Shown: positions 10,546-19,788, counted from the stretch's first letter. The stretch: DNA of 64,000 nucleotides from Polyangiaceae bacterium (GCA_033763455.1 JANRKO010000082.1:14146-78145); one strand, 5' to 3'. The notes: generated by a model not told the origin, from the letters alone. Program-made: numbers and translations.

Positions 10546-11930
10546 GGCGCTTCGAGCGCCCATTCAATCATGTTCCTGGAGTCGCAACGATGTTGAGAGA
10601 ATACGTCGGACCAATAGGCATTGGCCTTGTTCTGCTTGCTTGCAGCAGCTCTATTGAAGATTCAAGTTTGAACGGGGCCATCTCTTTCGAGGCCAACCGC
10701 CCCACCGCAGGCGAAAAATCCGAACCTGCACCCTACACCGGCAACAACGGTACTGTGCTTGCCGCCCAAGAGCGTTTGAACACCGGCCTCGATCTACAAC
10801 AAAAGGTTATCCACCGCACATGCGGGCCCACAGGTGGCGTTTGTCACAACAGCAAGGAGTATCCGGATCTGCACACGCCGGGTAATTTCTTGGATGCCGT
10901 GGGCGCCCCCTGCAACGTTCAATCGGGCACTCCCGAAGCGGTCTTTGACGGATGCGAGCCTCCTGGGGATAGGCTCGTGGTTGGTGACGGCGGAGAAGTT
11001 GAGGTCGGTTACCTCGCTTATTACCCGGGTGAATTTGATCCCGAAAAGGACGAGATAAAGTCGGATTCTCCGGGCCTCCATATTTCCCTTTCGGCGTCCG
11101 TCGGTGAGTTTAAGCGCCGGTATGTGAATGTGCAGTTCATTCGAGCCTTCGAGCTCAATTCCTCCGTACGCAGCCTCCCTTTCGCCAACTTTCAAACCGA
11201 TTGGTGGACGCTGGATGGCGGCAAGAAGCTCTATGGTCGCGTCCGCGACTATCAGAACGATACCGTCCAACAACTCTTGGCTGTGGGCATTGAAGAAGGC
11301 GACACCAACCGCAATGGGGTGTTTGGTGCCGTGACCGCGCCCATCACCATGATCGTTCCGGGTAGCCCAGAAACTAGCTATTTGGTGGGTCGGCTTCGGG
11401 GGAAGATCGCAGATGCCCCAATCCCCGGGACACTGATGCCACTCGCGAATCAGCCGCTTGATGTATCGGAGATGCTTGCGCTGTATTGCTTCATTGCGGG
11501 TTTGAAGCCCGGAGTGCGAGCGGATCTCGCGTCACGCATCGACTACGCATCGTGCCCTTACTCGGCAGCTCCGGAAAGCCTGAACCTCTTGGGCGCCGGG
11601 GTTACTTGGGCGAGCCGTATTCAGAGCGTGCTCGAATTCAATTGCGGAGGCTGTCATTCCGGTGCCAATCCGCAAGGTGGGTTAGATCTCGCCGACGGTG
11701 ATGTGTATTCGCGCCTGCTAAAGCCAAGTTTGGAGCGGCCGGATCTCAAATTGGTGGAGCCGAGCGACATCACCAAGAGTTACCTTTGGCTGAAGATGGT
11801 CGCCGATCCGAGCATCGTTGGTCTCCCAATGCCGCTCGACGCGATGGGAAAGCCGCGAATGATGTCGCAGGCCGAGCTGGATGACATCAAGACTTGGATC
11901 GAAACCGGGGCAGTGGAAAATCGGAAGTAG
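10542..11930 (+). CDS. c-type cytochrome lipoprotein (planctomycete-cytochrome-like domains; CGGCH plus CX6CH)
   Basis: Lipobox LLAC (alternative ATG 10590 with GGAG). CGGCH...SYLWLKM...PMP...WIETGA. N-terminal domain CGPTGGVCH...SYLVGRL...LMP. Confidence 0.7.
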   Translation: MRRFERPFNHVPGVATMLREYVGPIGIGLVLLACSSSIEDSSLNGAISFEANRPTAGEKSEPAPYTGNNGTVLAAQERLNTGLDLQQKVIHRTCGPTGGVCHNSKEYPDLHTPGNFLDAVGAPCNVQSGTPEAVFDGCEPPGDRLVVGDGGEVEVGYLAYYPGEFDPEKDEIKSDSPGLHISLSASVGEFKRRYVNVQFIRAFELNSSVRSLPFANFQTDWWTLDGGKKLYGRVRDYQNDTVQQLLAVGIEEGDTNRNGVFGAVTAPITMIVPGSPETSYLVGRLRGKIADAPIPGTLMPLANQPLDVSEMLALYCFIAGLKPGVRADLASRIDYASCPYSAAPESLNLLGAGVTWASRIQSVLEFNCGGCHSGANPQGGLDLADGDVYSRLLKPSLERPDLKLVEPSDITKSYLWLKMVADPSIVGLPMPLDAMGKPRMMSQAELDDIKTWIETGAVENRK

Positions 11931-12001
11931 GCTAAGGTCTTGTCGGGCGAAGCCAAAGGGCTTGCGGTGAACGCCAGGCACGTGATCGAGCGGTCGCGTA
12001 T

Positions 12002-12034
12002 GTGTCACAGCGACTGACACACTCTTTGTGACAC
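12002..12034. promoter_or_regulatory. Inverted repeat GTGTCACA-N17-TGTGACAC, candidate enhancer (UAS) for a sigma54 activator
   Basis: Perfect 8-bp arms about 85-115 bp upstream of the sigma54 site at 12117. Confidence 0.55.
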
Positions 12035-12116
12035 TCGCCGCGCTCGACCACGGGAAAACCCTCGGTTTGTCGCGATCAACAACTTGGGCGCGCTGGGGCC
12101 CGATGGAGGAGGTGCG

Positions 12117-12132
12117 TGGCACAGATCCTGCT
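12117..12132 (+). promoter_or_regulatory. sigma54 (-24/-12) promoter
   Basis: TGGCACAGATCCTGCT: GG-N10-GC with TGGCAC, in an intergenic region. Confidence 0.7.
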
Positions 12133-12211
12133 CATGGTCGCGTTGAGATGCGAAGAATGTTCCCCGTCGTTCCGTGCCGGCGCTGCCTTGAACAAAGAGC
12201 GATCGCTGCAA

Positions 12212-12275
12212 CGAACAAAGTCACACGTAAGGCGATCGGAGGGGTGCGGTACCCATGACATCGAACAAAGTCACA
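12212..12275 (+). repeat. 14-bp direct repeat CGAACAAAGTCACA x2 (50-bp period), with a partial third copy GAACAAAG at 12190
   Basis: Exact copies at 12212-12225 and 12262-12275. Confidence 0.85.
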
Positions 12276-12360
12276 AGCGAGCCCTGCTGTGTGGAAGTGC
12301 TTCTGGCTCAGGGTTTCCCCCTATTGGCCTAGCAGCCAAATCCGGCCAACAATCACCGGG

Positions 12361-13332
12361 TTGAGCTTCGCGCGCATATTCCTGTCCTACGTTCAGCTCG
12401 GGCTAATCGTGATGAACCTTATGGGAACATCTGGAGAGGCGAAAGCTGAAGTGCAGACTTGGGTATCAGGTTATCATCATGGCGTTCCAAGCTTTCCTCT
12501 TGAACGTTTCTCGTCAACGTGTGTTAGCCAGAGCCAATTCGTAGCCAAAGTCGTGGCACGTCTGCGGACTGCAGTGCCACCCAGAGGGCTTTCGCCTCAC
12601 TACCTCGTAAGCATCCAGGGCCCCACGCTTGAGGGTCAAATAGTTGGAGTTGTTGATATTTTCTTTAAGGATGGGCAGGTGGTGAGGCGGCAAGTTAACA
12701 GCAACAGCTGTGCTTCGGTTAGTGATGCGCTAGCTATCGTGGTGGCGCTCTCCCTAGAGGCGGGGGAGGATGTGCAGGGTATTCCGCTGGTACTCATTCG
12801 ACCCGCGCGTCTCGAATCTGCGCCCACTTTTTCCGTGGGAGGCGGAGCCTCGGGGATTGCTACTAATGTGCTCCACCATCGCTCTGCCCTGTTAGGGCTC
12901 GCAGGGCAGGTGCAGGTGCGTTTCGCCACCACGCTCGCTGATCCGATTGTGAGTGTGGGCTTTTACCGATTTGACGACGTCTTGATCGCGAGCCCAATCA
13001 AAGATCTTCATTTGGACCTAACCTTCGCACGCCTCACGGTGTGGCCGGCGGCGATTCCGTTAACGGAAACTCTCGAGTTCCGGCCGGGCTTATTCACCGA
13101 GCTCGGCCAGATCTCAGCCCTAGAAAGCCAGGAGCCGGACTCCTGGTGGGCGGGGGGGGCAGACCTCTCGCTCGGTTGGGTGGGCCCTTGGGTCACCTTA
13201 TCTGGCTCAGTAGGGGCCGTACTGCCCTTAAAGACCCAGACGTTCAGCGCCAGGGGCACGGGGCAACAGATCCATGCCATCAAGGGTTTGGGAGTTTTCA
13301 CCCAATTGGGTGCATCAGTGTGGATCTTGTGA
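12361..13332 (+). CDS. Hypothetical exported / outer-membrane protein (start uncertain)
   Basis: N-terminal 'C..V.DALAIVVAL' domain followed by amphipathic beta-strands; first gene of the ECF cluster. Confidence 0.55.
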   Translation: MSFARIFLSYVQLGLIVMNLMGTSGEAKAEVQTWVSGYHHGVPSFPLERFSSTCVSQSQFVAKVVARLRTAVPPRGLSPHYLVSIQGPTLEGQIVGVVDIFFKDGQVVRRQVNSNSCASVSDALAIVVALSLEAGEDVQGIPLVLIRPARLESAPTFSVGGGASGIATNVLHHRSALLGLAGQVQVRFATTLADPIVSVGFYRFDDVLIASPIKDLHLDLTFARLTVWPAAIPLTETLEFRPGLFTELGQISALESQEPDSWWAGGADLSLGWVGPWVTLSGSVGAVLPLKTQTFSARGTGQQIHAIKGLGVFTQLGASVWIL

Positions 13333-13347
13333 TCCAGGGGAGTCAAC

Positions 13348-13935
13348 GTGAGACATAACACCAGTGAGATGAGTGCCCAGGCCGAGCTTGCCGAGCCGTT
13401 TGCGGAATGTGATGCGGGGCGTCTAGAGCGCTTGTTAGTGGCGCATTTTCAGCCCGTTTGGCGCATGCTGCGCCGCCTTGGGGTGGATGTTGCCTCGGTG
13501 GATGACGAGGCACAGCAGGTGTTCGTTATCGCAGCCGAAAAGCTGCATCTGATCGAAGAAGGCAAGGAGCGAGCGTTCCTTTTTGGCACGGTCTACCGCG
13601 TGGCAGCCAATTCGCGTCGGTCCCGGGGGCGCAAGCGCGAAGATTCTGACTCCGAGGCCATGGATATCATGCGGGATCCAACGCCTCATCAGGATGAGCT
13701 GCTCGGGCAGAAGCGCCGCCGGCAAATTCTAGATGAAGTTCTGGAGCAGCTGCCGTTTGACCAGCGCACGGTCCTGGTTCTCAGCGAGTTGGAAGGCATG
13801 AGTCGCAGCGAAATAGCGGCGGTGCTTGATTTATCGGAAGGCACCGTCGCTTCTCGGCAACGCCTCGCTAAGCAACACTTTCTTAGGCTAGCCGCGCGCT
13901 TTCAAGCTCGGCTTGGTGCAGGAGCAGTAAAATGA
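13348..13935 (+). CDS. ECF RNA polymerase sigma factor
   Basis: Region 2 VWRMLRRLG...DDEAQQVF; region 4 LSELEGMSRSEIAAVLDLSEGTVASR. Confidence 0.9.
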   Translation: MRHNTSEMSAQAELAEPFAECDAGRLERLLVAHFQPVWRMLRRLGVDVASVDDEAQQVFVIAAEKLHLIEEGKERAFLFGTVYRVAANSRRSRGRKREDSDSEAMDIMRDPTPHQDELLGQKRRRQILDEVLEQLPFDQRTVLVLSELEGMSRSEIAAVLDLSEGTVASRQRLAKQHFLRLAARFQARLGAGAVK

Positions 13936-14912
13936 CGAATTGGGACGAGGCCGTCGCACCAGAGGTAGAGCGCTTTGCTGAAGCACTCCTGGATTCCGCG
14001 ACAGCGGATGCTCCGAGCGACGCAGCATTCCGCCGGACTGCTGCGGTCCTTGGTCTAGGGTCTTTGTTGGGGAGTGGAGCTCTATTGGTTTCGGGGGCGG
14101 CTCGGGCCTCCTCCGGTATGTTTGCAAAAGTTGGTGCAACCACGGTGGCCACGAGCCAGGGAAGTGCCGCGGCAGCGGGTTCCACCTTGGTCTTGGCCAA
14201 GTGGGCGGGTACAGGCCTTCTCGTGGGGATCACGACGGTGGGGGTTTCTCAGGCGGTATTCCCACGAGATCCCGCTTCGGAGCTGTCGGCACCGGTGGTG
14301 TTGATGAGCCCTTCGGTGCAGGCGCCGGCCCTTTCGGTGAGGCGGCTGCACGGGCGAGCTTTCAGCCATGCGCCGCCTGAGGTGGCAGCAGCTGCGCCAA
14401 GTCAAGCTCCTTCGGAATTGGAAGTGGAGGCAGTTGTCCCGGCGGTTAGAGCGGAATCACGGAGTTCCGCGCAGTTGCGCTCTCAGGCTAACGCCAAGTC
14501 TGCGAGTGAGAATCACGTGGCTGATGTTGTGAGTGCGAGCCTTGCCAGTGTTGAGAGCCTGCATCTTAGTGCTCCAGCGGGCGAGGGAGTGGGGGGGCTC
14601 GGCAAGGATGCGCATGCGGGGGCGGGGCCCTCTCGGTCCCACGGTATGGTTGAGAAGAGTGCCGGCGTAGGGCTGCCTGTTGCGCAGGCTGCGTTCGCGG
14701 CGCCGCCGAAGTCGGTTGGTAACGCTTTTGCCCCAACCGATGGATTGCAAGAAGAAGTGCGCCTGGTGGACGCGTTGCGCGCTGCCGTCGTGCGGCGCGA
14801 TGAGTGGTCTTTGTGGGCGCTACTTACGAAGTATGATCGGGAGCATCCCCGTGGTGAGCTCAGAGCCGAAGTGGCGGCGATTCGGGCCAGGGCATTAAGC
14901 GGTTCCCGTTAG
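13932..14912 (+). CDS. Putative membrane-anchored anti-sigma factor
   Basis: Start overlaps the sigma stop. TM segment, Ala/Pro/Ser linker, C-terminal helical EEVRLVD...YDREHPRGELRAE motif. Confidence 0.6.
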   Translation: MTNWDEAVAPEVERFAEALLDSATADAPSDAAFRRTAAVLGLGSLLGSGALLVSGAARASSGMFAKVGATTVATSQGSAAAAGSTLVLAKWAGTGLLVGITTVGVSQAVFPRDPASELSAPVVLMSPSVQAPALSVRRLHGRAFSHAPPEVAAAAPSQAPSELEVEAVVPAVRAESRSSAQLRSQANAKSASENHVADVVSASLASVESLHLSAPAGEGVGGLGKDAHAGAGPSRSHGMVEKSAGVGLPVAQAAFAAPPKSVGNAFAPTDGLQEEVRLVDALRAAVVRRDEWSLWALLTKYDREHPRGELRAEVAAIRARALSGSR

Positions 14913-14927
14913 AGCGCGCGAGCCTTC

Positions 14928-16337
14928 ATGTCGGCTAAATCCAGAGCACTAGGCCTGTTGGCCGTCTCGTGCCTGATGCCCGCGTGCAGCAGTGCGGAGC
15001 ATTTCGTAGATATTGGGCTTCCTCGTTCTGGCGGAATTGTTGGCTCAGGGGGAGCAGTTGGAGGCGGTGGCGCTCCTTCAGAGGCGTCGGGTGGCACGGC
15101 CTCGTTCCCTTCGGTGCCTGTGAGCACCACGGAACGCAGCTGGGCGAGTCCTCCAAAGCCTGGTGAAACGCTACCGGGCCTGTGTGACCCAAAGGCCGGC
15201 GAAGATGCTCAGGCTCCTTTGGGCATCAGCTCCGCTGAGTTGGCCACGCGGCTTTCAAAGCTTTTCTGGAACATCGCCCCCCCAGATTATCTCCTACCAG
15301 ATGCCGAGAAGCGCAATCTGCGAACGCTGGGCGATGCGGCGTGTTTTGCCCAGGGGATGTTGAATGATCCGCGTTCGGCCGCTGGTGTCTCGCACTTCTT
15401 CCTCGATTGGCTCGATCACGGCGCCCTCCCTAACCTTGCCAAAGACGCCTCCCTATACCCCAATTTTACGGCTGAAACGGCCGTTGCCGCGAGAGCTGCG
15501 GCGCAGGCCTTTATCGGCCACGTCTTCTTTCCCGATCCATCAATGGCCCCGCAGCCCGCCCCGCTCATGGCCTTGCTTACCGCCAAGTTCGGCTATGTGA
15601 ATCAAGCTTTGTCCCAGACGCTCGGGGTTCCCTCGAGCTCGGCCAACCTCGAATTCGTCGAAGTCCTGCCTCAGGATCGCCTCGGCTTGCTCGGCCAACC
15701 GTACTTTGCAATGGTGGAGTCCAGCGCCACTTCCAGCTCCCCCACACGGAGAGGGAATCGAATCGGGCAAAGCTTCCTGTGCACGAACCTGCCGCCACCG
15801 CCGATGGGAGTAATCACCACGGCCCCAGCGCCGGATCCCTCCCTCACTACACGCCAAGCCTTCGAGGCGAAGCACACTAGCAATCCGGCGTGCATGGCGT
15901 GTCATCAACTCATGGATGAGCCAGGCTTTGCTTTTGAACATTTTGATGCCGTAGGCACCTACCGCACAGTGGAAGCAAACAAGCCTGTAGACACTGCTGT
16001 GTCGCTTCCGAGCTATCGGTTCTTACAGTGGTCGTTTGGGCCAGATAAAGCCGCAGGTCACGCAGGGTTTGCGCAACTATTAGCCAAGAGCGAGCAAGTG
16101 CGAGCGTGCCTTTCGGCGCGCTGGATCGCGCATTCGGAAGCCGTAATTTGGGATAAGGCAACACCGAAACTACCCAGTGAGGTGGATCCTCAGTCGATTG
16201 CCTATGTGCTTCGGCGCGGCAGGTATTCAGCAGATACAACAGGCCCGCTTGATTTGAACTACTTCGATCTCAAGCAGATGATGCTGGCCGTAGTTGAACT
16301 GCCGACTACTTACGCTGCAGCGGCCTCTTTGCGCTGA
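14928..16337 (+). CDS. DUF1592/DUF1588-family lipoprotein with one CxxCH motif
   Basis: Lipobox PAC; ELATRLSKLFWN..PD, SSPTRRG, LC..LPPPP, TTRQ, CMACH, GFAFEHFDAVG. Confidence 0.8.
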   Translation: MSAKSRALGLLAVSCLMPACSSAEHFVDIGLPRSGGIVGSGGAVGGGGAPSEASGGTASFPSVPVSTTERSWASPPKPGETLPGLCDPKAGEDAQAPLGISSAELATRLSKLFWNIAPPDYLLPDAEKRNLRTLGDAACFAQGMLNDPRSAAGVSHFFLDWLDHGALPNLAKDASLYPNFTAETAVAARAAAQAFIGHVFFPDPSMAPQPAPLMALLTAKFGYVNQALSQTLGVPSSSANLEFVEVLPQDRLGLLGQPYFAMVESSATSSSPTRRGNRIGQSFLCTNLPPPPMGVITTAPAPDPSLTTRQAFEAKHTSNPACMACHQLMDEPGFAFEHFDAVGTYRTVEANKPVDTAVSLPSYRFLQWSFGPDKAAGHAGFAQLLAKSEQVRACLSARWIAHSEAVIWDKATPKLPSEVDPQSIAYVLRRGRYSADTTGPLDLNYFDLKQMMLAVVELPTTYAAAASLR

Positions 16338-16498
16338 CACATGCCGGTGTCACGCGAAGATTATGCATTTGAAGTGATCACGCCGGCGCCACGAAGACAT
16401 GTACTCAACAGGATACGCGTGCGGCGGCAGCTGAAGATGGGCTTCACCTTACCGCCGTAATCCTGTCCTGTCGTTCACGTTTTAGTTTGGGAGGCAAT

Positions 16499-16810
16499 AT
16501 GTCAATTGTTATTGAAGACGTCGCCAGGCACTGGAACCTCACCCCTATGGAGTGCGAGGTCGTGCGCATGCTCATCGCAGGTTCGCCGAACAGCGTGATT
16601 GGCCGGTCGCTTTGCCGTTCCGTTAAGACGGTGGAGGCCCACATCACCAAGGTCCTCAAGAAGGCTGGGTGTCAAAATCGGATCTCGCTAATTGTGAAAG
16701 CCATGGCGCTGTCGTCACACTCCTCCGGGACGATCGATATGCGCGGCATCAGCCTTCCCGACGTGAGGGAGTTGGAGCCGGTTCGTGAGCTAGAGGCTGC
16801 GTGCGCCTAA
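16499..16810 (+). CDS. Stand-alone LuxR-family HTH regulator
   Basis: LTPMECEVVRMLIAGSPNSVIGRSLCRSVKTVEAHITKVLKK; GGAGG RBS. Confidence 0.8.
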   Translation: MSIVIEDVARHWNLTPMECEVVRMLIAGSPNSVIGRSLCRSVKTVEAHITKVLKKAGCQNRISLIVKAMALSSHSSGTIDMRGISLPDVRELEPVRELEAACA

Positions 16811-16938
16811 CCGTTTAGTTTCTCATTGCGAGACGAGGCGCGCCAAGTGCCGGGGGGGCATACTCGCAATTTTGACTGGCAAGGCGTTTCGAGTCAGCTA
16901 GCGTTCTTGCACGCTGTCGCTGCCTCGGAAAACTGGAT

Positions 16939-17826
16939 ATGGCTGAAGGTCCTTATACTCCGCCTCATGTCTCCGCCTTGCCGAGCATCCCGCCTATCGC
17001 ACAAGATGCGCGTGCGAACAGCACTCAAGAGTTAGCAAGGAGCGGTTGGTTCTTGAAGGTGCGAGTCGGCGTCTTGCTCTTGGTTCTGGCATCGGTGTCA
17101 GCTTGGGGCGTGTGGGATGCTCACGTTCGTAAGGCGCGAACGGCTTGGCGTCGCCCGCTTCAAGTAGCTTTCGTATTGGTCCAGCAAGGGGCCGTACCGG
17201 AGCCTGCCGTCCAGGCACTTAAAGCGCGCATTGCTACCCTGGAGTCCCATCTCGCGAACGAAATGCGTCGATATCGGAGTGAGCCCAGCGTTCCCTTTCG
17301 CATTTCCGTATTCGGCCCGGCGCCCGCCCCAGCCAAGCTTCCAGATCCCGAGCAACAGGACGTCTTCGATCTTCTCCGTTTCAACTATGATCTTTGGCGC
17401 TTCGCGTACGGTGTCGACGCAGCGCTCGATATCGAATCTTCGCGTTTCGATTCTCGCGTGTATTTGATTCTGCGAGAGGCAGCGAATCGTGATCGGAATT
17501 TCGTTGAAGGGTTCAGCCAGAGTGGCGGGCGGCTGGGCGTCGTTTCGGTGGAGCTAGACACCAGTATGGTGGATTTTGGATTGTTCGTGGCCACGCACGA
17601 GCTCTTGCACACGCTTGGTGCTAGCGACAAGTACACGGCAGACGGCGTGGCCATGGTCCCGCAGGGCCTGGCTGAACCTTGGAAAGTGCCGCTCTACCCA
17701 CAGCGTTATGCTGAAGTGATGGCCCGCCATGTGCCGCTCTCGAGCACCGAAGATGTTCCGCCGGGGTCCCTCGATGAGCTTGCTATTGGTTTGTATACAG
17801 CGCAGGAAATTGGCTGGCTGCGCTAG
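16939..17826 (+). CDS. Membrane-anchored putative zinc metallopeptidase
   Basis: N-terminal TM segment; HELLHTLGASD (HExxHxxGxxD) with a downstream EVMA. Confidence 0.6.
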   Translation: MAEGPYTPPHVSALPSIPPIAQDARANSTQELARSGWFLKVRVGVLLLVLASVSAWGVWDAHVRKARTAWRRPLQVAFVLVQQGAVPEPAVQALKARIATLESHLANEMRRYRSEPSVPFRISVFGPAPAPAKLPDPEQQDVFDLLRFNYDLWRFAYGVDAALDIESSRFDSRVYLILREAANRDRNFVEGFSQSGGRLGVVSVELDTSMVDFGLFVATHELLHTLGASDKYTADGVAMVPQGLAEPWKVPLYPQRYAEVMARHVPLSSTEDVPPGSLDELAIGLYTAQEIGWLR

Positions 17827-18117
17827 AGTCACCGCGGCTACCCAAGCCGCAGAATAGTACGCGAAAGTACCACCCATGCGGCGTGCTGGATGGAGTGCTG
17901 AAATAGAGCGAAACTTTCCGTCCTCACTTCGATTGTTTCACTGCTCAACGCTCACGACGAAAAAAGGCGTCTGACGTGGAATGGAATCGCATCTAGCGTT
18001 AACAGTCTTTGTTGCACGCTCCCTCTCAATCGCGTTAAAGCTAAAGGCGTTCGGACATGTGCTTACGCCACTGTCCTTGAGCACCCCACCCCAAAAAACG
18101 GATAAGGCAATAGCACG

Positions 18118-18855
18118 GTGAAGCTCACCCACCTCACAGCCCTTGGCCTTTGTGCAACAGCGCTCGGCGCCGCATATGGCTGCTCCAGCCCCGAGGCAGA
18201 GCGTCAACCGATCTATGCTAATGCCAATAGCGGAGGCACCACAGGCACTACAGGAGGCAAGGCTGGTACGGGTGGTTCAATGCAGGCGATGACGGGAACT
18301 GGGGGCAAGGTAATCAACGTAGGCAGTGGGGGCGCGAGCGGCACTGGTGGGAACAAGGCTGTGGGCACAGGTGGAACGCCCGCGGCGATGGGTGGCACCT
18401 CGAGCGGTGCGGGTGGCGGGAACAACAATAATACGGGTGGTAAGTCGGGCGGAACCGGCGGTGGGAATACGGGTGGGGGCAACAATGCGAATACTGGCGG
18501 CGGGGGAGCGGTGGATTGCACGACACCGACAGCAGCGATCGTTGCGGCAATCCTCAAGGCGCAAGGCTGCGACGGATGTCATAAGCCCGACAACGCCAAT
18601 CACCCCGATGTTTTCACCACTGCTACTGGCCTCGACGCGGTTGCGCAAGGAGAAGTTTCCGACGAGGGGTGTGGTGCTGGCGTGGTGATTTCGCCTGGAG
18701 ATGCCATGATGAGTGGCCTTTATCGCCGCATTGCTGCAACGGACGTGGCAAATTGCGGGCGAATGCCGAGGGTTGACGGTGCGGTGGGCTCAGCGTTCAC
18801 TCCATCGGAGCTAGCTTGCGTAGCCGCTTGGATCAACAGCTTGACGCCGCCGTGA
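18118..18855 (+). CDS. Monohaem c-type cytochrome lipoprotein with a long Gly/Thr/Asn linker
   Basis: Lipobox AYGC; CDGCH; PGD...S.LY; RMP; ELACVAAWINSL. Confidence 0.7.
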   Translation: MKLTHLTALGLCATALGAAYGCSSPEAERQPIYANANSGGTTGTTGGKAGTGGSMQAMTGTGGKVINVGSGGASGTGGNKAVGTGGTPAAMGGTSSGAGGGNNNNTGGKSGGTGGGNTGGGNNANTGGGGAVDCTTPTAAIVAAILKAQGCDGCHKPDNANHPDVFTTATGLDAVAQGEVSDEGCGAGVVISPGDAMMSGLYRRIAATDVANCGRMPRVDGAVGSAFTPSELACVAAWINSLTPP

Positions 18856-19035
18856 GCGCGGCGCGTCCCCAAGGTATTGAGAAGTTGTCGGGTGTTTCGT
18901 TTCGGGTGTTTGCTATTGTTGCCACGCGTTCGGCACCAGCTGTCGAACGCATGCGGTCAGCGCGCGCCCTTCGCACGAAAGCCGGCGTGAAAATGCCTTG
19001 ATAGCTTCGAGTTGCTCTGCCAATATTCCACCACT

Positions 19036-19788
19036 ATGAAACGCGCGTTCCTTGTTATCGTTGCCGTGCTTCCTCTAGCGTTGGGGGCCGGGTCTTGCTC
19101 GGATGATGCAGGCAATTCCGGTCGCACCCGTCCGGTGTTAACCGGTACTGGTGGCGGCTCCACCGGTGGGGTACTCGGGGTGGGTGGCACGTCAAACTCT
19201 GGAGGCGCGAAAGCAAGCGGAGGCTCCGCGACGGGTGGGTTAGGTGGTACTGTCGGCAGCGGTGGCACAATGAACAGCACTGGCGGGGTAGCAAACACCG
19301 GTGGTGCGGCAGGGAGCGTCATGTGCAGTTCGGGCATGGTGACGCCGGATCTCACCAATTGCGACGCAACCAAGCTTGCCGAATTCTTTAAGGCTGGGCG
19401 CAAATGTGAAAATTGTCACTTTCAACCTGACTCTTCGAACCTCCAGTGCGAGAACAGACTTCACGAGTTCGATACTGTTGCAGGCCTGAATGGGCTTGTC
19501 GGGCGCGTTACCATGAAAGGAAAGTTGGCCACGTGCGCGATTAGAAAAATAGTGGACCCAGGCAACCCCGAGGGGAGCCTGTTGTATGTGATGTTGAAAG
19601 GCACACCTCCTGAAGGGTGCGGAGCTCAAATGCCCAAGCCAGAAGGGGCGCGCCCGCAGTGCACATTGACCACGAATGAGTTGAAGTGTGTGGCGGACTG
19701 GATCAATAGTCTGCCTCCCGTTGCCGCTGGCGGCGCTGGCGGCGCTAGCGGCGCTGGCGGCGCTAGCTGTGAGGGTGTTGTTCAATAG
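19036..19788 (+). CDS. Monohaem c-type cytochrome lipoprotein, paralogue of the upstream gene
   Basis: Lipobox AGSC; CENCH; PGNPEGSLLY; QMP; ELKCVADWINSL. Confidence 0.7.
   Translation: MKRAFLVIVAVLPLALGAGSCSDDAGNSGRTRPVLTGTGGGSTGGVLGVGGTSNSGGAKASGGSATGGLGGTVGSGGTMNSTGGVANTGGAAGSVMCSSGMVTPDLTNCDATKLAEFFKAGRKCENCHFQPDSSNLQCENRLHEFDTVAGLNGLVGRVTMKGKLATCAIRKIVDPGNPEGSLLYVMLKGTPPEGCGAQMPKPEGARPQCTLTTNELKCVADWINSLPPVAAGGAGGASGAGGASCEGVVQ

Noticed and set aside
12190..12275. Direct repeats with a 36-bp spacer as a mini CRISPR array
   Set aside because: Only two 14-bp copies, too short for CRISPR repeats, and no cas genes in the window.
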